Part shown: piece after piece, positions 57,923 to 64,000 of the stretch
Layout: the number at the start of each line of letters is the position of its first letter
Numbering within the stretch: the stretch's first letter is position 1
From: Nannocystales bacterium
GTDB taxonomy: Bacteria; Myxococcota_A; Polyangia; Nannocystales; Nannocystaceae
Assembly: GCA_050633305.1 (NCBI GenBank)
Contig: JBOEGF010000013.1
Coordinates: 32,001-96,000 of the forward strand
Direction of reading: 5' to 3'
DNA: 64,000 bases
Translations under genes and position numbers: made by a program
The notes under the pieces: generated by a model
Told to the model about the DNA's origin: nothing
Seen by the model: only the letters and a program-made list of their open reading frames with translations
Database searches by the model: none

Positions 57923-60814
57923 TCAGCGTCGAAGTTCGTCTCGCAACGCCTCGGCCTCGGCGACAACTTCCGCGGGATACGGTGAAATTTCAAGGAGCTC
58001 CAGCGCATCCGCCAACACGACAAGCGCCTCGTCCGTCCGCCCGTCTTCATGCAGAGTACGGACATGCGTCAATCGATACGCACTGGCCCTATGCGCAAAG
58101 AGTTTTCCTCGTAATCGTTGTTCCGCGCGCTCAAACAGCAACAGGGCATGAGGCCGGTTGCCGACCTTGCTCCAGTTACTCGCGAGCATGTACAGGGTAA
58201 TCCCGCGATCAGCGAGCGGCACATTTCCGCTTGACGACTCCACCAAGACCTCCGCCTTTTGGTTGAGTGTCCGGGCCTCGGCCACGTCGCCTTGGTTGAC
58301 CTTGCACATGGCGAGCATCGCAATTGCATTCGCCCGGCGAAGCGCCGGTGCCTCCGCGAGGACGTCGACCGAACGCCGAAACCACTGTTCCGCGGTGTCG
58401 TGCTCCCCCTCAACAGTCGCGAGCGAGCCGAACGCCGAGAAGAGCGGAGCCGCCTCGGTGGTTTGCAGGGCATCCAGCTGTTCCCGGATCTTGTACGACT
58501 CCTCGTAGTGCTGCTTCGCCGCAGCGAGATCGCCCAAGTTCCGCTCTACGATCCCAAGTGAAAGCAAGGCGTAGGCGAGCGGCAACCGAGGTTCGTCATT
58601 GGCCGCACGGAGGCCATCGAGCGCGTCCAGATGGGCCTCACGTCCCTCCTCGAAGCGCCCTTGCATGACGAGCACTTGGGCGAGTTTCTCTCGGCCAGAT
58701 GCAGTGTTCGCGTGCCGAGGCCCCCAGTGTTCCTGCGCAAACTGGGCCGACTTCCGAAACGCCTCTGCGGCTTCGTCCAGACGCTCGGCATTGGCAAGAG
58801 CGACTCCGACGTTCGTCATCCCATTCATGTAGCGCTCGGCTCCGGCAGGATCCTCGAACGCCAACTCGGCAACCCGTTCAAAATGCCGGATCGCCGCCTC
58901 GGTTTGATTCTGCCGACCCGCCAAGATCCCCCGTACGTTGAGCACGGGCACGAGGTACGTGGACCGCTCCATGTCGTGCCGTCGCATGAGGGCTTCGGCC
59001 CGGCGAATCCAGGCCTCGGCGGCTTCAAAGTTGTCGGTGGTCGTCGCGAGCACGTGCGCCGTCGTGCTCGCAACCTTCAATGCGGTGATGTCATCTGCCG
59101 CAGCGAGTGCAGCTTCGAAGGCTCGCTCGCGCGTCTGTGATGCCTCCTTCGCATCTCCTGCCCCCAGCTCGCAGTCCGCACGAACCGCGAGCAGCCTCGC
59201 GATCTCCGGGCCAAACCCGAGCTCCCGAACCCGCGGTTCAACGGCGGCCAGTTGCTCGAGGCAGGCCTGAGCATCGTTGGCCTGTCCTGCGTCGCTCGCC
59301 TCGTCGATCGCGGGCGAGACCTCCAAGAGCGAGGCACGCATCGTGGGATCGAGCGGTGCCCCGACTTGGAGTTCGAGCCAACTGACGTCGTTGCACGATT
59401 TCGACTCATGCAGCTGTTCCACTTCGCTGAGGCCGGACTGAACCCCTTGCGAGTCCACCGCATCGAAGGAATCGACAACCTCCTCGAACTCAGCGAGGGA
59501 CGCCTCGAGGCAGCGCCGGGAACGGAAGCCGAGTTCTTCCGTGAACGCTCGCTCCGGGCCCGCCATCGCACAAGAGCGCTGCGCAGCCTCCGCCCACCCG
59601 GTCGCATACTCGTCGAGCACCTTGACCACTCGACCGCCCATCGAGGCACCGTTGAACGCACCCGAGCGCTCGAACGCAGTGAGCACCGACTCGCGCCGCA
59701 GGGTGTTCCACAAGTCGTCGATCTCTGCCCCTGCCCCCGCACACGGTTGGGGTTCTTGTGCAGAGGCCGCGTTCTTCTTGCCCAGGCCGTAGGCGGCCGC
59801 CGTTGCGGTGGCGAAGACGGCAACACCGACCAGAACCAGGCCAGCCGAGGACCGCTCCGCAGGGCTCAGCGCTTCAAGCAGCGCGGTCATGGACGCAAAG
59901 CGGTCGTCCGGGCTGGTCTGCAGGCCGCGGTCGATGACCGCCAGGATCGCGGGGTCGAGAGCTTCTGCTTCGGGGGTGTGCGTTCGTTCGCCACGAAGCA
60001 CCGCCGCACTGAGGGTCGCGAACGAGTCCGAACGGAACGGACGCTCTCCAGTCAGGGCCTCGTGGAGTGCCACGCAGAACGCAAACTGATCGGTACGCTC
60101 GTCTGACGGACGTCCGGCGAACTGCTCCGGAGCCATGTACGCAGGCGTCCCGATCACAGCCCCCGTTCGTGTGAGCTGCATATCGAAGCTCGAGGATGCG
60201 CCGGGCAGGTCGTTGGAGGCTGCGTCCTCCGGTCCATCTCCCCCTTGGCGTGCGAGACCGAAATCGAGGACCCGCGGCCGACCCTGCTTGTCCACGAGCA
60301 CGTTGTCGGGCTTGAAGTCGCGATGCACGACTCCGGCGGCGTGGGCGGCCGCGATGCCAGCGCCCGCCTTCCGAAACACGTTGAGGATCTCCTGCGTGTC
60401 TGGATTGGTCCGTGTCCGCCACGCGCCCAGAGGCTCCCCGTCGACCAACTCCATCGCAAAGAAAACACGCTCGCCAACCATGCCCACGTCGTGAACCGCG
60501 ATGACGTTGGGATGAGCGATTCGGGCCATCGCCTGAGCCTCACGCTGAAGCCGGGATGGCCCTTGCGTGCCTTGGCGGGAACCGTCGCCCAGCAGCAGCT
60601 TGATGGCGACCGCGCGGTCGAGTTCCGGGTCGAACGCCTTGTAGACGACTCCCATCGCACCCGCACCCAAGCGTTCAATGATCACGTAGCGCCCAACGCT
60701 GGCCCCGCGGTCGAGTGCGAGCTCTCGGCGTGCCGCCTCACGAACCCCGGTCCCAGCCAACGTCTCTTCGTCGCTCGGGACCTCGGTGGACACCCGATGT
60801 TCGTCATCCGACAA
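57923..60814 (-). CDS. Ser/Thr protein kinase with TPR repeats
   Basis: GAGAMG, VAIK, HRDFKPDN, DFG, GTPAYMAPE; TM segment; TPRs. Confidence 0.93.
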   Translation of the reverse strand: MSDDEHRVSTEVPSDEETLAGTGVREAARRELALDRGASVGRYVIIERLGAGAMGVVYKAFDPELDRAVAIKLLLGDGSRQGTQGPSRLQREAQAMARIAHPNVIAVHDVGMVGERVFFAMELVDGEPLGAWRTRTNPDTQEILNVFRKAGAGIAAAHAAGVVHRDFKPDNVLVDKQGRPRVLDFGLARQGGDGPEDAASNDLPGASSSFDMQLTRTGAVIGTPAYMAPEQFAGRPSDERTDQFAFCVALHEALTGERPFRSDSFATLSAAVLRGERTHTPEAEALDPAILAVIDRGLQTSPDDRFASMTALLEALSPAERSSAGLVLVGVAVFATATAAAYGLGKKNAASAQEPQPCAGAGAEIDDLWNTLRRESVLTAFERSGAFNGASMGGRVVKVLDEYATGWAEAAQRSCAMAGPERAFTEELGFRSRRCLEASLAEFEEVVDSFDAVDSQGVQSGLSEVEQLHESKSCNDVSWLELQVGAPLDPTMRASLLEVSPAIDEASDAGQANDAQACLEQLAAVEPRVRELGFGPEIARLLAVRADCELGAGDAKEASQTRERAFEAALAAADDITALKVASTTAHVLATTTDNFEAAEAWIRRAEALMRRHDMERSTYLVPVLNVRGILAGRQNQTEAAIRHFERVAELAFEDPAGAERYMNGMTNVGVALANAERLDEAAEAFRKSAQFAQEHWGPRHANTASGREKLAQVLVMQGRFEEGREAHLDALDGLRAANDEPRLPLAYALLSLGIVERNLGDLAAAKQHYEESYKIREQLDALQTTEAAPLFSAFGSLATVEGEHDTAEQWFRRSVDVLAEAPALRRANAIAMLAMCKVNQGDVAEARTLNQKAEVLVESSSGNVPLADRGITLYMLASNWSKVGNRPHALLLFERAEQRLRGKLFAHRASAYRLTHVRTLHEDGRTDEALVVLADALELLEISPYPAEVVAEAEALRDELRR

Positions 60815-60914
60815 CGCCGCAGAGGATACCTCGGGTCATCGGGTCCAACCGGGGAGCCAAGAAAACCGACACAAGCCCGTCATCCGGTCCCGTTCCGCTG
60901 CGAATGAGGAACTG

Positions 60915-61535
60915 ATGAGACCTCCCGCCCTCGGTGCCGCCGTCCTTGCCCTCGCAGCCCTCGCGGTCTCCCCCGCCGACGCATCGTCTGGAAAGTCGAT
61001 CCTGGACGGCGGTGTCACATGGACCGCGGCATCTGGAGACACCGGGGCGAAGTCGAAGATCATCGGCTCGTCGACCGACGTTCGGGCCGCTTACTCGATC
61101 AAATGGTGGGAAGACACCGATGACCCGTGCAAGTTCGAGGTCTACAACCGCCACATCAATCTGGGTGGGGTGAAGACCCCTGAGCACTCCTGGTGCGGAG
61201 GGTCGCCCGGAAACATGAAATGGGCCGAGCGGCGGGGAGGTGACGAGTACATCACCGCGCTTCAGGTCTGCCTGACCGACAAGAACGACTCCACGAAGAA
61301 CAAGATCAAGGGCATCCGGGTGTGGGGCAAGGACCTTGATACCGGCACGCTCGGCCCCGAGAACGGGCCGGACGAATCCCGTCACACCAACTGCAAGAAG
61401 TGGAAGAACAAGGTCGCGTGTCCGAGCGGACAGATCGCGACCAAGATCAAGGTCCACTACAACGAGTACCAGTTCACCACCCACGGCTTCGCCACCGGGA
61501 TCTCGCTTGGTTGCCGCGACGTCGACCCCAAGTAG
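60915..61535 (+). CDS. Secreted Cys/Lys-rich hypothetical protein
   Basis: GAGGA RBS; Sec signal ending ADA; six Cys; beta-rich. Confidence 0.75.
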   Translation: MRPPALGAAVLALAALAVSPADASSGKSILDGGVTWTAASGDTGAKSKIIGSSTDVRAAYSIKWWEDTDDPCKFEVYNRHINLGGVKTPEHSWCGGSPGNMKWAERRGGDEYITALQVCLTDKNDSTKNKIKGIRVWGKDLDTGTLGPENGPDESRHTNCKKWKNKVACPSGQIATKIKVHYNEYQFTTHGFATGISLGCRDVDPK

Positions 61536-61667
61536 GCGCGACGCGTCCTCTCGGAGCATGGACGGCGAAGCTGGCTCCGGCGGCCTTCCGGGGTCGTGGG
61601 GCACTCGCCGTTCGAGCGGAGTATGAAGGGCCCTCGGAGCGGCAAACCGGGACGAACACGACCGCTT

Positions 61668-61790
61668 GGCAAACTCGAGGCGTGTGGTGGTACCCAGACC
61701 AAAGCGGCAAAGCTGCTCGAGATCTCACGCAGAACGCTCGCATCTCGCCTCGACCGCGACGATATCCCCCGGCCTCGGGAGCGACGTTGA
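61668..61790 (+). pseudogene. Fis-type HTH remnant of a sigma54 activator
   Basis: LEACGGTQTKAAKLLEISRRTL..RLD...IPRPR with no upstream AAA+ domain. Confidence 0.65.
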
Positions 61791-61847
61791 ACGAAGCATC
61801 CCGGCCCGTACTCTGTGTGACGAGGACTCCAATCCGCGACCAGCGAA

Positions 61848-62168
61848 CTACATCGTGTCGATCGTCTGCGTGAGTCGACGGCACGCATAGTAGACGCTGT
61901 CGGCAAGTTGCCGCTCGAGCTCCAACAGCTCCCGGTCCTGACGGTGAAGGGCTTCCCGTTCCCAGTGCTCCCGAGCTGCTCCGATCGCCAGATGATCAAC
62001 CTTCCCGAGCAACTCGCCCAGGTTGCGAAGGTCGCGATCCCTCCCTAGCTGCGGCACCTCCTCGGAGAGTTTCAGCAACGCCTGAACACCGTCGAACAAC
62101 GGCGCCCGCTTGCGGAGGATGTCTTCCATGCACAGGCGCATGCGAATCGTGGCCGGGACTTCAGTCAT
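61848..62168 (-). CDS. Small helical hypothetical protein (possibly DUF2489-like)
   Basis: DHLAIG..RE.W...AL..QD.E....E......ACRRL. Confidence 0.55.
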   Translation of the reverse strand: MTEVPATIRMRLCMEDILRKRAPLFDGVQALLKLSEEVPQLGRDRDLRNLGELLGKVDHLAIGAAREHWEREALHRQDRELLELERQLADSVYYACRRLTQTIDTM

Positions 62169-62227
62169 GCCGGACGCATGGTGCCGCGCTCCCGGCCTCC
62201 TGTCAGCGGCTCAGGCTCTTCAGGTCC

Positions 62228-62899
62228 CTACGACTCGTCCGCCGCCGGAGTGGCCACTCCACTGAACAACGCCAGGACGTGCGGGCGAATCGTTTTCGCC
62301 AGCCGCCCATCGAGCAGCAGCTCTGGGCGGTACAGCAAAGCCCCCTGAACCGCGCCGCGCACCATGAAGAACGCGATCGAAGGACCGTCGCTGTCGGGTG
62401 CGGGGATGGGCAGCCCACGCGCGGACCGCCACCGGCCAAGCTCGACGCGGAGCCTGGAAAGCAGGGCTACGATCGCCGACTCACTTTCAACGATCAGGGT
62501 ATGGGACCACGCACGCGGGATGTGGTTGAGGAGCGCGCGCCGAAGCTTGAGGTCGCCGTAGTGGTCCGAACAGGCCAGCTCGAGAGCGGCGTCGAGTTTC
62601 TCTGGTGCACTGGCCTCGCCTTCGACGATCGCGAGGAGTTGGGCCCGGAACGACTCGTTTACGCGCCGCGTGGCCTCGGCGAGGATCGCTTCTTTGTTGG
62701 GGAAGTACTGATAGAGCGACCCGATGCTGACCCCAGCCCGTTTGGCGACGTCATTGGTCGTCAACGAAGGGCCACTCTCGATGAGGAGCTCGCCTCCGGC
62801 TGCAACGACGGCGTCGACCAGCGCCTTCGCAGAGACCGTCCCTGCCTGTTTTCGTGGAGCCGGGTCCTGAGTGGCTTGGGTTCGCTTCTTCTCGGTCAC
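62228..62899 (-). CDS. TetR/AcrR family transcriptional regulator
   Basis: TTNDVAKRAGVSIGSLYQYFPNKEAIL. Confidence 0.93.
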   Translation of the reverse strand: MTEKKRTQATQDPAPRKQAGTVSAKALVDAVVAAGGELLIESGPSLTTNDVAKRAGVSIGSLYQYFPNKEAILAEATRRVNESFRAQLLAIVEGEASAPEKLDAALELACSDHYGDLKLRRALLNHIPRAWSHTLIVESESAIVALLSRLRVELGRWRSARGLPIPAPDSDGPSIAFFMVRGAVQGALLYRPELLLDGRLAKTIRPHVLALFSGVATPAADES

Positions 62900-62995
62900 G
62901 TCGTCGCCCGTCTGTGTCGCCGGCGGGGGGCGTATCGATGCACCCTAACGTCCCAACCCCGACGGTGTCACCTCGCCGAAAGAGTGACACGCCGC

Positions 62996-64000
62996 TCAGC
63001 CCCCGCAGGTCGAACCGGAGCTCAGCCGGGCCACGTGCAGCGTCGTGCTCCCCGGAGCGTCGAACCACGCCCAAGACACGTCTCCGTTGACGTGGGCACG
63101 CATCGGGTCGTCTCGCTTCCCCCATGCCGCCGCGCCGGCGAGGTCGACCGGACCCTCGATGAACGCGCCCGCCGCGTCGACTCGACCCAGCCAATGCGTC
63201 TGGCCGTCATGCCAACCCACGACGTACTGCTCGCTGCCGTCATCGCTTGGCTGCCAGCGCACAGCGGTTGCGTCGTCTTCGTCTCCAGGGGTCTGCGTCA
63301 GCCAAACAATCGCACCCGGCTGCATGCCCGAATCGATTGCGACGAACCCGATGTCTTGGTTCATGGTCGCGGGGTCGTACGACCCCTGCCCCGCGGTTGC
63401 GGCCGCCTGGTGGGCGTTGAAGGTCAGCACCCACCCATTGGGCGCGAGCCCTGCCCCCCCGAGCTCCCCGGCAACGTCACCATTGCAGCCCGCGTCGACA
63501 TCCAGGACATGCGACTGATTGTGGTTGAGGTAGATCCCGCCGATGGCATTCGTCGCGAAGTCGCCCGACGTCCCGGGGAAACAGTCCGTCACGCAGGCGG
63601 GCATGAACGTGTCGAGCCCCGGGTTGAAACGCAACAGGTTGCTCATCGAGTGAGAACAGCCCCACCCCCATCCCGTGGTCTCCGCCCCCGATGCAGCGTC
63701 CACCCACTTGAGCGTGTCACCTTCGTGGCCAGTGTCGGAGTGCACATGGTAGTAGGCGCCGTATCGACCGCCGCCGTACTCGAGGCGGCTGTCACCGATG
63801 CCAAAGTCGGTCGGCGTATTGTCCGGGTTCGTCAGCTCGGTCGAGGACAACTCGCCCGCCGAGACATCAAAACGACGGACGTAGATTCGCTGACCGGCCG
63901 GGTCCCACAGCAGCGCCCCGAAGATCGTATCCGACTCCGCTGCGAGGCCGCGAAGCTCGAGACCCGGCGCCAAATCGATCGAGGATTCGACACCGTCGCT
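62996..64000 (-). CDS. Hypothetical secreted protein, 5' part outside the window
   Basis: Long acidic ORF open towards the window edge; GHEGD, WGCSHS, CVTDC. Confidence 0.7.
   Translation of the reverse strand, partial: SDGVESSIDLAPGLELRGLAAESDTIFGALLWDPAGQRIYVRRFDVSAGELSSTELTNPDNTPTDFGIGDSRLEYGGGRYGAYYHVHSDTGHEGDTLKWVDAASGAETTGWGWGCSHSMSNLLRFNPGLDTFMPACVTDCFPGTSGDFATNAIGGIYLNHNQSHVLDVDAGCNGDVAGELGGAGLAPNGWVLTFNAHQAAATAGQGSYDPATMNQDIGFVAIDSGMQPGAIVWLTQTPGDEDDATAVRWQPSDDGSEQYVVGWHDGQTHWLGRVDAAGAFIEGPVDLAGAAAWGKRDDPMRAHVNGDVSWAWFDAPGSTTLHVARLSSGSTCGG

Overview
High-GC (roughly two-thirds G+C by eye) bacterial chromosomal window, most likely Myxococcota (Nannocystaceae/Plesiocystis-like). The assignment rests on the many Ser/Thr-linker lipoproteins, Cys-rich repeat proteins, RCC1-repeat proteins, three Ser/Thr kinase-TPR genes, myxobacterial ECF sigma factors and a bactofilin. 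Recognisable metabolic or housekeeping genes are aroA, an RlmD-like methyltransferase, boxC-boxB, a GST, a fatty acid desaturase and a diheme cytochrome c peroxidase. No rRNA, tRNA, CRISPR array or intact transposase was seen. The most unusual theme is familiar machine parts re-deployed as stand-alone lipoproteins: a flagellar hook FlgE D1/D2 fragment lacking its D0 ends, an orphan Tsi3-like T6SS immunity protein, and two tandem ExbD periplasmic domains whose Asp-bearing TM helix is replaced by lipoboxes. Also present are a 167-bp CTAG-flanked MITE, sigma54 promoters with near-leaderless geometry, a probable Zur-regulated divergon with a His/Asp-repeat lipoprotein, kinase-ECF pairs, a HipA-like/DUF3037 pair and several gene relics. 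All family calls are from motif recognition by eye, not database searches.
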